From contig NC_086097.1 of assembly GCF_963921235.1 (NCBI RefSeq), forward strand, positions 225,124,001 to 225,188,000: a DNA stretch of 64,000 nucleotides. Reading direction: 5' to 3'. Of the stretch, positions 37,085-50,100 are shown in pieces. This DNA comes from Mobula hypostoma (taxonomy: Eukaryota). The notes under the pieces are model-generated. The model was not told the DNA's origin and searched no databases. It saw only the letters and a program-made list of their open reading frames with translations. Every line of letters starts with the position of its first letter. Position 1 is the stretch's first letter. Both the position numbers and the translations under genes were made by a program.

Positions 37085-37495
37085 TGATCAGAATCAGAAT
37101 CTTCTTATCACTGACATATGTCATGAGATTCGTTGCTTTACAGCAGCAGTGCTGTGCAAGTCATGAAAATTACTATACTGTGAAAGACGACTAACATCAT
37201 GTTCATGGGTTCAAGGACTATTCAGAAAATAAGATGGTAGAGAGGGGATTTGAATTTCACGACATACACTGGTGATAGTAAACCTGATTCTGATTCAGAA
37301 GCTGTTCTTAAAATATTAAGTGTGTCCTCCCCAATGTTAGTAACAAGAACAGGGTGTGTCCCAGATGATCAGGGTCCTTGATGATGGAGAGGGTTGTGCC
37401 CGTGATGCAATCGGCTGAGTCAGCAACCTCTGCAGCCTCTTCCGATTTTATACATTGGAGCCTATATACTAGGCTGTGATGCAAACTGTCAGGAA
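37085..37495 (-). mobile_element. Rex1/Babar 3' fragment containing an oppositely oriented Rex tail at about 37248-37297
   Basis: SIIKDPDHLGHTLFLLLTLGR and (GATTCT)n tails. Confidence 0.75.
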
Positions 37496-39390
37496 AAGGG
37501 GAGGGGGAAGAAGAGGAGTGCGGTAGCGATAGGGGAATCCATACGTAGAGGAGTTGACACCAGATTCTGTGCAAGTGAAAGAGACACCCAAATGGTATGT
37601 TGCCTCCCAGGTGCCAGGGCCGGGGATGTCTCAGATTGGGTCCACAGCATTTCAAACGGGAAGGATAAGCAGTCAAATGTTTTGGTACATACTACATATT
37701 ATCTTGGTATCAGTACCACAGTGGGATTAAAGGAAATTATAGAGACATGAGAGAGGAGCTGGCCAAAGTTCATTGGGAGGGGACACTAAAAGCAATGACG
37801 ACAGAAAGCAGTGGCTGGAGTTTCTGGAGCAATTCTGAAGATGCAACCCAAAGAAGAAGAAGAAGAAGAAGTACTCTGAAAGCAGGATGATGCAACAGTG
37901 GCTGATAAGGAAAGTCATAAACAACATAAGATGAAAAGAGAGGGCATATAATAAAGAAAAAATGGTGGGAAGCTTTTTAAAAGTAACTGAAGGCTACTGA
38001 AAAAAACATAAGGAGGGAAAAGATGAAATATGAAGGTAAGTTAGCCAATAATATCAAAGGGGATACCAAAAGTTTTTTTCAGAGATATGAACAATAAAAG
38101 AGAGGTGAGAGTAGATATCAGACCACAGGAAATCATTGCTGAGGAGATAGTAATGGGGGACAAAGAAATGGCAGACTAATTAAATAAGTACTTTGCAACT
38201 GCCTACACTGTAAGAGTCACTTGCAGTATGTTGGAAATTCGAGAGTGTCAGGGAGAGGAGGTGAGTGCAAATACTATTGCTAAGGAGAAAGAAGGTGCTT
38301 GGAAAGCTGAAAGGTGGATACGTCACCTGGGCCAGATGGACTACATCACAACATTCTGAAATAATTGGCTGAGGAGATTCTGGAGGCATTTGCAAATTAT
38401 CTTTCAAGAATCACTCGGTTCTTGGCATGGTTCCGGAGGACTGAAAAATTGCAAATGTCGCTCCACTCTTCAAGAAGGGAAGGAGGCAAAAGATTGTAAA
38501 TTATAAGACCATAAGATATAGGAGCAGAATTCACCCATTTGGCCCATTGAGTCTGCTCCGCCAAGTATAGGCCAGTTCACCTGACCTCAGTGGTCGGGAA
38601 GACGTTGGAGTCAATTGTTAAGGATGAGGTGTTAGGATACCTGGAAGCACATGATAAAATAGTTTTAAACCAGTATGGTTTCTTTAAGGGAAAATCTTGC
38701 CCGACAAATGTGTTGGAGTTCTTTGAGGAAATAACAAACAGGATAGACAACAAGTAGATGGATGCTGTGTAGTTATATTTTTAGAAGGCCTTTGACAAGG
38801 TGCCGCATATAATGCTGCTTAGCAAGGTAGAATTATAGTAAAAATGCTAGCATGGATAGAGGATTGGCTGATTGGTAGATTGCAAATAGTGGGGAAAGGG
38901 AGCCTTTTCTGGTTGGTTGCCTGGTGACTGGTAGTGTTCTGCAAGTGTTAGTGTTGGGACTGTTTCTTTTTATGTTATCTGTCAATGATTTTGTTGATGG
39001 AATTGATGGATTTGTGGCCAAGTTTATGGATGATAAAAAGATAGGTGGAGGGGCAGGTAGTATTGTGGAAGCAGGGAGTTTGCAGAAGGACTTAAATTAG
39101 GAGAATGGGCAAAGGAGTGGCAGATGAAATATAGTGTCAGGAAGTGTATAGTTATGCACTTTGGTAGAAGGAACAAATGAATGGACTATTTCCTAAACAG
39201 GCAGAATGTTCAAAAATCTGAGCTGCAAAGAATTTGGGAGTCCTCATACAGTATTCCCTAAAGGTTAATTTTCAGGTTGAGACAGTATTGAGGAAGGCAA
39301 ATGCAATGTTAGCATTCAGAATCAGGTTTATCACTGGCATGTGCCATTTGGAAAGGTCTAGAATATAAAAGCAAGGATATAATAAGACAT
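37495..39390 (+). mobile_element. Degraded CR1: ORF1 esterase fragment joined to ORF2 RT region, with small nested tails
   Basis: MVCCLPGAR, PLFKKG, SVVGK, KAFDKV and KFMDDK remnants. Reverse CR1 tail at about 38505-38563 and Rex tail at about 39317-39343. Confidence 0.85.
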
Positions 39391-39919
39391 TAGGTGCTTG
39401 AGGAGATTTGGTATGCCACCAAAGTCTCTTGCAAATTTCTGTAGATGTACAGTGGAAGTTTTCGTAATGAGCCTAAGAGAAAGGATGTGAATCCCTTAAG
39501 CCATGGTGTACCTGATGGTGTTCACAGGACTTTCCTTCTGGGCTGCATTGACTGATTTATTTGAAGGGATATTGTCCACTGAAGCATAACAAACACCAAT
39601 GAAAGTTTGCTCATGCCAGAGCCCATCTTCCCAGCAGATTGCCATTGTGTGCATGGGGCTGGACCCCAAAGCTCAACCTTGTTTTGTAAGGTTTGATGAC
39701 TATTGTTGGGAAATGGGAGTAAAGTTTTCACTCACCGGCTTGCTGACAAAGCAAGTGACAAAAGTTGGCCAAAGTTCTCACGATGACTGCAACCATAGCT
39801 ATTCTCCCCTGGCTTGATTGAAAGGCAGCGTGGTGTGGCTGCCTGACTCTCAGTGTTCATGTTCTGTGATTCACATCATTTTGGAACTGAGCTGGACAGA
39901 ACGTCGGCTGTACCTGCTC

Positions 39920-40577
39920 CGAACATGCAAGTACAGCAGGCAGTGAAGAAAGCTAATGGCATGCTGGCCTTCATAACAAGGGGGATTGAGTATAAGAGCA
40001 AAGAGGTCTTTCTGCAGCTGTACAGGGCCCTGGTGAGACCACACCTGGACTATTGTGACAAGCTTTGGTCTCCAAATTTGAGTGCAGCGTAGGTTCACAA
40101 GGTTAATTCTTGGGATGGCGGGACTGCCATATGTCGAAAGATTGGAGCAACTGGGCTTGTATACTCTGGAATTTAGAAGGCTGAGAGGGAATCTTATTGA
40201 AACATATAAGATTATTAAGGGATTGGACACACTGGAGGCAGGAAGCATGTTCCCGCTGATGGGTGAGTCCAGAACCAGAGGCCACAGTTTAAGAATAAGG
40301 GGTAGGCCATTTAGAACGGAGTTGAGGAAAAACTTTTTCACCCAAAGAGTGGTGGATATGTGGAATGCTCTGCCCCAGAAGGCTGTGGAGGCCAGGTCTC
40401 TGGATGCTTTCAAGAAACAGATGGATAGAGCTCTTAAAGATGGCGGAATCAAAGGTTATGGGGATAAGGCATGAACTGGATACTGATTGTGGATGATCAG
40501 CCATGATCACAGAGAATGGCGGTGCTGGCTCGAAGAGCTGAATGGCCTACTCCTATACCTATTGTCTATTGTCTATT
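39920..40577 (+). mobile_element. 5'-truncated CR1 LINE
   Basis: QVQQAVKKANGMLAFI..LVRPHLDYC and QRRFTRLI..LRKNFFTQRVVDMWNALP. Tail (CTATTGT)n. Confidence 0.92.
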
Positions 40578-40880
40578 GAACATCATCAGCTGTTGGTGTA
40601 AGCGATGAGGATACAGGAGATGCTTCCCATTTCCTTTTGGTGGGACCAGAAGAAGCTGCTTCAATTGGGCTGGTCACAGGGATTATCCCGGTGTCAGCTT
40701 GCGGCCATCCCAGGCCAACCTGGAACCAGCGTTCGCCTCCTGGGCACCTGATGTTTGGGTGCATCCATTGTTCTGCTGATCAGATCAGGCCTACAGCTGG
40801 AACCTTTGGATAGCTAGCTCTTTCCACACCACCCGCAGTCCACCCTCCCCGAACAAAACTTGTGCATTTTAACCTCTAAC

Positions 40881-41054
40881 AAGAGAAATTCTGCAGATGC
40901 TGGAAATTCAAGCGACACACATCAAAGTTGCTGGTGAATGCAGCAGGCCAAGCAGCATCTCTCGGAAGAGATACAGTCGACGTTTCAGGCCGAGACTCTT
41001 CCTAGAGATGCTGCTTGGCCTGCTGCATTCACCAGCAACTTTGATGTGTGTTGC
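40881..41054. mobile_element. Fold-back Penelope pLTR derivative with 15-18-bp TSD
   Basis: 59-bp arms at 40912-40970 and 40996-41054 with 2 mismatches and a 25-nt loop. TGCATTTTAACCTCTAAC at 40863-40880 and 41052-41069. Confidence 0.9.
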
Positions 41055-42996
41055 ATTTTAACCTCTAACTGGATTTTCCAAAAAGGAATATCTGACACTT
41101 GTTGCCTGCTTAATTTAATCCAGGAACTTGTGATCAAGATCGTTTTCAAAGTGGGAGGCATGAACCCTCCCCACCCCCAGATAGGTCACAGAATATTAAA
41201 ATATGGTACATCATATCCTTTCTTTTAAATAAATACCAGTCTACAGATCAGAGAACTTGTTATTGCAGGGTCATGTGGGTGAATTGTTTGGTTAAAGTGG
41301 CTCATCTGAAAAGTGTCTGATGTTCACAGATTTGGATCTTGCTTGGCCTTTTCGTTTCCTAATCATACAGAACAATGTAGAAGAAATCATGATAATGGCA
41401 TGTTATAGAGGAATCCATAGCATTTTGTAATTAATCCTTAAAATGCAGTGGTGTATAGATTTATATTATACGTAACAAAGATATAAATTCTGAAGGTTAG
41501 CATTGTGGACATGTAATCTATTGTTTAATCTGAGTGATTGGATTACAAGATATTAATATTATTAATCTCATCTTTCAATCTTGTAGCTATGCAATATATT
41601 CTTTGCTAGTCTTGTTATACGGGAAAATGATGTATGGGTAAATTTCATATTGAAATTGTGAGGGGTCCAATATCGCCCATTTTAATCATAGGAGGCTGAT
41701 TATCAAGCACATCCAGTTTGAATAGTATGACCATTGATGTTCTATTATGTAGTATTTTTGTTATGAAGATTGTTTAATGCAATTAGTAGCACCATTTGTG
41801 AATTTCCTTCCTCCTTTTAACAGAAACAGAAATGCTGGGGGTTTTGCATCAGCTGTCCAACTATAGACAAAAAAAAATGCTCTTTTAAAATTTGTATTTC
41901 AGTGCAGGCTTTTGTTGGAAAGCCCGACCCAGCAAAGGAAAGGGACAAAACTTCTGGCTGATGTGAATAATATCTGTACCCCATCAGCTGAATTCAATCT
42001 GTGGTGGAGCAGAAACTGCAGAGGATGTAATTTATGGGCAGATGCTTGCAGTTGTGAGCTACCTCCATTGTAGCAGCCTGTTTCCAGACTTCATCTTCCC
42101 AAACTGTCCAATGGGATTACTGTAAGCCTTTGCTGCAGTCTGTCAACCAATGAATTTCTGATCAGAAATTCATATCCCTGGATATAAGATTGCTCTCTTT
42201 CTTGTGTCCTGTGACGGCTATGATTGCTGTCATCATGTCAGACTAAGGAATTAGCATCTTGGCTTTCTGTCCAGCTCATAATTAGCGAAGTAAATAGGCA
42301 AATGGTAATTCAGTCAAAATCAAACAGGGTATGGCTCACAATTGAGTAATATTGGAAGATTATGCAGCAAATCTCTCACAGTATGCTGCTGTTGAATGAA
42401 CAAAACATAAAATAAACAGTGTTTGTAGTTTATTTGCTGGTACTATAACCTACATTTCATAATCAAATTGTACGTTCATATGTGTGCGACAAACCTCCTT
42501 GGAATCATGTTTTGATGCTTACAGATCCCACATTAGGAAGGCGAAGATTGCAGGCAGATAGTTTCAAGTGCATTGAATTAATCACGGGAGGCTGGCTAGC
42601 AGGAGGTTGCAGGGAGGCTTTTGAGCATCAGTTTGGGTCATATGTCTAGAGGCAATGGCTGTGCATGCATCCCATTTCCGAGCTGCTATTTGATTCTAAA
42701 TGGATGCATATTTTGAATAGAGCTGATACAAAGAAAGGAAAGCAACCAGTAAACGTTCTTAGTTTCAAAGATATTCAATAATAAATTGTCAACATAAACA
42801 AAATGAGAGTGCATTTGTACTTCAAAATCTACAACTTTTTTCTAACAATTTATGAGGCTTACTGTTCCATTGCTCCCATTACAAACACTTTTTTATGTTG
42901 CCTTTTATGTAATATTTTATTGCATATTGACAATTCACTATAATTAACATTTTATAACGGATAGAGCATGGTTTTACACCAGTTTTCTCTTTCTTT

Positions 42997-43001
<5 letters not shown>

Positions 43002-43044
<43 letters not shown>
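43002..43044. repeat. (CT)n microsatellite
   Basis: Seen directly. Confidence 0.95.
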
Positions 43045-46000
43045 ATTCTCTGGTTAAAAAGAAAATAGAATGGTGTGAGTAATGACATTCACTATAAAGG
43101 TGAAGGTATGTCCTCCAGTTGCATTTTGTTTGTCTGAACTAATCTATAAGAACTCTGATTCTCCCTGGCATTAGGAGAGAACAAGCTGAGACCATTGTGA
43201 CTTACGTGTTTGCACAGATTTACTATTAACAGCTTCTGATTTTCATCCATCCAATCTGATCCATCATATTTAATCATGTAAAACTCAGCATTACTTTATC
43301 ACAGCAGTTGATAAGAAAGAAAGATTTACATTAGAATGAGTGACATAGGGGAAATATAAATTGAAAATAATCATCAAGGAAATTTAATATTTAGACTACA
43401 GCTTCATTGGTTTTGTGATGCTCATTTAGAGCAATGATCTGCCAAAGTCCTAACGGTGAATTGATGTGATTTCTTCCCGCAGAAGCTCAGTGCTTTTATA
43501 TTCATACCTAGAAATGATATTCATTTCTAGTGAACATGTTAATTTCTTACCTCAAGACAAAGTTTACAAATGCGTTAGTTTAAGGCATATTTTCCTAAGA
43601 GAAATGTTTTTGCATTCCATTACATTTGGTATTTCAGCGCCAAACAACAAAACAGTACTGAACCTGGAATAAAAACTAAAAGCTAGTGGTGTAATGATGA
43701 ACTGTCATATTAGGTCTTCAGTGACAGTGCTAATGACATTTGGGAATGATCTGATACTTATTGATATGTAATTTAAAGAAATTTTTATCGATTTTTCTCT
43801 TTTCATGGTAATTTTTCCTGTTTCCTACTCATCCTACAGACAATATAGCAAATTTAAAAGGATTAATATTTTCATAGGATCTTTCATTATTACATTGGAA
43901 TAATCTTTATTTGACTGACAAATACAATGTGTGCTTTGCACATACTTGACTCTTGAGTATGGTCATTCCCAGAATTCAAGCATGCCTGGGTTGTAGAGAT
44001 AGCCATTTTAAAGAATGAATGCATCGTTGCTCTTTGAGAAACCTCATCTATCAAATGATACTGTGCAGGTTTTATTTCAAGGAAGAAACATTTTAATATG
44101 ATTTGATATAATTTCTATATGGGTGAAGGAAATAGAATTTTTCACCTTATTGAGAATAGATTAAAATATGTAATAAATAATATAGCATAATGAATATAAA
44201 TATATTCTAAGGTTCTTGTTAAGAACAGAGGTGTATTGTCCTGTCGATTTTGAGTATTTCATTCTCCAAACTTCACTTCCATTTAGAAGCCCTGTTGGCT
44301 TGAGTCCGTTGAACTAAATAAAGGTTGGAGACTCGAATCCCACAAATATCTGGTGACGCGCTGGGAAATGTGCTTTCCTTTGAGATTCTTGATTTATTTT
44401 TGCTGTTACTTTGTAAGTTTTCTCTTGCCTGCTATATCTGCAATACGGAGGTGTTGCAAACACTTCTTGTCAAAGCAGAGACTGTCAAAGAGTCTGGGTT
44501 CGCAGCTGGTCCTTGGCTGTGTTTGTCACCCGTTTGAATTTGGGGAGTTTGTTCATTACATGTGGATAAAACAAAGTCGGTCCATGTACCATAGAAATAC
44601 TATTACACTGTAAAACACAGGGCATGGGACAAACTTTTCTTTTATAATTGAGGAAGGAGGCTGTCAGACTAAACAACATGAAAATAATTAAGGATTCCTA
44701 ATGAATGATTTAAAAACTGTAATTCAATAAATTCACTGAACAGACACCAAATGATAGTAGTTTCAGAATCACGTTGTAATGTAGGTTGATTCTTGCATTA
44801 TTTTCTCTTCTTTCCTTCATTCTTTCTCCAGGAGCTGTGAAAGTATTCATTCTAAGAAAGAGCAGGCAGTCAATGAGCTGTCTACCCAGTGCTAGTGCTC
44901 TGTAAACTATTTGTGTGAGGTGGATGGGAATGGCTGGAATTAATCACCCACAGATCTTGGTCTCTCTACCCATGGGGAAGAGTCCTGAACACCTTTCTTG
45001 CAGCCCTGGTGCAGATAAATTCTGTGACTCATCATAAACATGTCACCACTTCACAGCATGAATCGTTGGTGGTCCGATGTGCTGTGCCAGCTCATACAGG
45101 CCAAGTGAGCAATATAGAGTTTTGAACTTGGTACTGCTAAATGCATTAAATTTTCACCCACCTACCATCACTGATCTCAATTTTATTTTGAAATGATTAC
45201 TTTCTAATAAATCTAATTGTTTTTTCTATTTAATTTTCTCTTTCCTGCACCTTCAATCATGCTGACAGTGACTTTGATCAATTAGCTCTGGTATTCAATA
45301 CTTTGCACTTCAATAACAATTTCAGATAGTGTGTAGATTGAAATTCTTGATTCCACAAGAAAATAAATCCCTAATCTGTTGAAATGGATGGAATTAAGAA
45401 TTATGCTTTTCCTATAAATGATAGTTTAAAATTGAAATTTAACGAGGGCAAATGATTATAAAAATAATATTTGGTTTATTCTGTAAGTATACTTGTTGCT
45501 TGTACTTTCAGCATTTTCAATATATCCTGAGACAAACAAACAAAAGAATTGCAGTCTTTTTAAAACAACTGTAATTTACCAGCAGGAAACACTTTAAGGT
45601 AAAGACAATACTACATGGTAAAATTGTGCTGAGTGATCTGTCAAAAGAGTCATTTGAATTTTTAAACAACTTTTATTATTTTACATGAGCTTATAAAATG
45701 CAGAACAAAAATATTTCTCCAAATTTTATTGTTTCAACTATATTTCAGATTTAAATAAGCTGATTCCAAAACTCCGGACAGATTAGTTGGTTCAATATTT
45801 TAATACTTTCCATTCTGGGCAGAAATTCCCTACATTCCATGAAAAAAAGAGGCTTAACAAAGAAAAAGCAGTTTAATATTAGAAATGCCCCATTGCCAGC
45901 TAGCGTTTAGATCTAGTTCTTTAGATTTTGTGCCCTTCTGCAGATTTTTTGATGTTAAAATATGGTAGATACCTTCAAGATAATTCTTTCAAGATGTTTT

Positions 46001-47144
46001 AGCTTTCTGCGTTTTCACATGGAGCAAGTCAGTCATTTAGTTCTGTGCAAGTTATTTTAGTAATACAAAATGGAAGATTAAGGATTACAAGTTTATCATT
46101 CAATTTATTCATTCCTTCCAAAGATTTAGTTTTTTCAATGACAGATAAAAACCCTGTTTTTATTGTCTTGTGACTACCTGGAGAAATCTGATAGTTCATG
46201 ATTATCAGAATGGAGTAATAGACAATTCAAAGAGCTAGGAGAAATGAAATAAGTCATCTTTTACACAGTTGCAAAAAATCTACAGTATGTTTCTACAAAT
46301 AAGCTCAAAAGTGGAAAATGTCTAAAACATTTATAATTAAAACATGCATGGTATTCATTGCAGGAGAGTTGTTGAATTATAATCTAAATTTTAATTTCAA
46401 ATCTTGAGATTTTGTTTTGTATTTCTGAATATTATTGCCTTGTATATAAACTTACTAACAGATGTTTACTTGCCCTCAAACACTTGAATGAGTGAATTGA
46501 TCTTCATGTAGATTCAGTTCATTTTAATGGTTTGGAACTTTTAGTTTAGTGTTCCATGTTAGTAATATTGAATATTGTCTTGAATATTAATTTGGTGATT
46601 TCTGATGATTTTCCATGTTTGATGTGAGGTGATTTATTTTATAAATAATATAGCACTCATGATAAACCATTGATAGCATTGTATTTGTTTTTCCAAGAAG
46701 AATAATACTAGCCACGGTGTTATTTTAAGGTTATTTAAATTGACTCGGATGTAACTAATTCACTTAACTGAAATTAATATTTATAATTGCTACAATTTTT
46801 ATGAAATGAGTATCAATTGAGTCAGTGACAACACTAATTTTCTGAAAAAGTTAAAGGATAATCATTATTGTATTTTTATTAAAAATGAGTACTCCTAGAT
46901 TCTTGAAGTATACTTCTTTAATATCTGTAAAAAAATGGAACAGTTAATGATTTTTTGAATAATCTATAAGAATATTGCAATAATATCATAAAATCACATC
47001 TCATTTCACATTGAACAATTTCTGTAGATTACTAAATGATTTTTAATTATTTTGGAAATCTGCAATTAATAATTATGTACATTGTACTTCAGTGAGAGTC
47101 ACAGGATGTATATAGCTTTTAACTGGTAAACCTTATATATTATA

Positions 47145-47159
47145 CCAGTAGATGGCATT
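47145..47159 (+). promoter_or_regulatory. CTCF-like motif
   Basis: CCAGTAGATGGCATT matches the CCASYAGRKGGCR core in very AT-rich TE-free DNA. Confidence 0.5.
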
Positions 47160-50100
47160 GCAAGCCAGATTATCTCTGTTCTTTTCAATTTTTGCACTGT
47201 AAATAAGGATGTAGGTTAGGGAGGACTATCGAATTGCTTATAGGCAGGACTTGTATACAGCAAAACTGACTATGCAAGCACTGAACAATACAGAGAGCAT
47301 GGTAGCACTTTAATAACACCTCTCTTCTCAGAATGACCTGGCATTTTGTTTTAACAAAATACAGGTTGGATTATATCTAATCAGTATACCTTTAGTGACT
47401 TTTTCATCATGAGAACTACACTTTTAAAGTGATAATTAAGAATTCTTATTTTGTTCTTCTGAAAGAGGTTTCTGTGTCTTTTATGTCAACCATTAACTGG
47501 TTATTGCAAAAATATAATCAAATTCTCTTGTGGAACAATAACATGAGAAATAAGATGACTTGGTTTCAAGATTTTTATTTCCTTATCATTTTTCATCCTT
47601 TAAAATTTTCAAGGGAAATATCATCATAATAATAATCCTGTTATTATTTGTTGCTAAAATGTTAATACAAGAAAAGTACCTTTAAGTATTAAATTGTTGA
47701 ATGTGTTCTGGAAGGGAAATTGCAAATTACTTTTGAGTTTTCATCAGTGTCTATTTTATTTGGTTCTGTACAATCCTTTAGCAATTTTCCACCAAATATA
47801 TTGCAGCAATATTTTTTCGAAGTATAAAATGTGATTTCTGATGTTCTGAAACTGACCTTCAGCTTTTGCAGTGCACCATTTTCAATATCCAGCTGAAATC
47901 ACTCAATCTATTCCAGAACATGTTACATTAAATAAGTATTTCAAGAAGATTGGTATCTAGGACAACCTTTGATATCGCTATAATTTAAATAGTTTCTTGT
48001 TTGGGAGCTTTCCAAATAATCATCCACACACTATTAGGTTGGAAGACCCGATCACTGGAACAATGGCCAGTGTCAGGGATGAAAATGGACGGTTTCAGAC
48101 ATGATGATCTATGACAGTGCCCAGAAGTCTGATGAATCATGAAAGCATATGATGTAGATACTTGGATTGCTCTGCCGCAGTGAGCAAATCTGTTATTTAA
48201 TGTATTAGCTTTTACTTTGTTTATATACGATAAAAGAAAAAGATATTTGTTTGTGATGCAGATTACCAATGGTTTTTAAAGTGTTTCTGTTTTTTATCCT
48301 GCCTAAAAACCTTGCAACAATACATCATTGTAGTTTAAAATGTAGTAAACATAATAATTACTATTGCAAATAAATTAATCATTTTAATTCTGTTTCAAGT
48401 CCCTTTAATCTTTAGGCATTTTAATACTCCTTTGTAATTTGTGAGATCAGAAAGTTAGTAAAACAGTGGATTATATTTTTAACAATATAAAAAATAAATT
48501 CAATGCATCAAGACAAAAAGAATGATTTGAATGAGACTCTCATAATGTTGCTGATCATTGTTATTTTCACTCTCGGACAAAGTCTATGAATTTTGCTTAA
48601 ATTGAAATACAGTATTTTCAAAATTTGTTTTTTTTAACCAAAACAGGGAATATTTGATTTACAAATTAATTATTGGTTAATGAACTTATTATATTCTGTG
48701 AACATGCCCAAGGTGCTGGCTTTGTGGCTCATTTACCACATTACCTATTTAACTGGTAATTTAACAAGACATCAAAACCAGATATTTTAGCCATTAAATG
48801 TAATGCATAATAAAATCACCATGAGAAGAAATATATAATGCATAGAAAAATGCAGGAATATATTTTACAGCCATGAAAATTCTATTAGTTTTGTTACATT
48901 CTTAATTCTGCAATAACTCACTTAACTGAAAGAAAGAGTGATAAGCCTTTTAAAACATATACTCAGCTGTAAAATCTTGTTAATTTTATTTTGTGTATAA
49001 TTCATATTGCAATATCCTTAATATAATTAAAACAATCTAAGTTGAAATTACGTAGAATTTCAAATTTATTGTGGAATAACATTTTTCCTTATAATGTGGC
49101 ATAAAAGATTGCCAAATTATTTTTCCAGTTAACTATCATTTGTTTACAATTAATGCTGGAATAAATTATTTAAAAATTTTCTGAGTAGAGTTTTGAAATT
49201 TAAATTGAGCAATGCCCTTTTAAAATTACAATGTGTAAAATAGATGGATTTGTTATCAGAACATTAATTTTAAAATGTCCTTCTCTGTATAATGTTTGAT
49301 TCTCATGTTTTGACAAAGGCCTTAATGTTAAATCATAGAATTAGATGATTTGTATTTGATGTCTTATTCTATTGTATCCTTTATAGAAATGTAAAATGCT
49401 GCCGATACTTTAAATACAACTGTTTTCTGCAGCTATCAGAAAATAGTTCAATATTCTGTTCGAGAGATACACCTATACAAATTGCAGTAATCTCACTTTA
49501 AAATTAAGCTTCACTTATCAATGTCTGAGATAAGAATATTAAATTTGATTACAGGATTGCCATGTGAAGCATTTTGAAAAATAACCAAGGAGCTCTTCTA
49601 TGAAACTTTGCGAATATTAAAAATTGTGGTAACAATAATATAAATGAGAGAGTTATCAGCAAAGGTAGATGTGTTTATAAATAGGACTCTAGTGCTTCGG
49701 GTACCTAAGCAGCTAAAAGCTTAGCAGTGCTCTTACAAAGCAAATTGAAACTGAAGGTTACATTCTTGTAGACTTTATCTTAAAGCAGTAAAACAAGTAG
49801 CTGCAACTACAGCTAAAGGTATTGATTTTGTAATTTCAGCAAATTAAGAACAAGACAGGAAACCTATTAAACCTTTTCACTGATTGCCATTGGTACTTTT
49901 TGGTGATGCCAGGACTGACATTTAAACCAGTCACACTGCCTTTTTTTTCGTTTTCTGTAGTCAGGTGCTCTGTTTTTTGGAAAGAAAATCTGAAAGAACT
50001 GAAAACAGAAGGCATCTTGGCAAAAGATATTGATTTTCATATATTGTCAGTAAGCAATTTGAAAGCTGTAGTCTGAATAACAAAGAAGGCATACAAAATA

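Noticed and set aside
48094..48135. C/D-box snoRNA (ATGATGA...CTGA)
   Set aside because: The boxes are only about 30 nt apart, too short.
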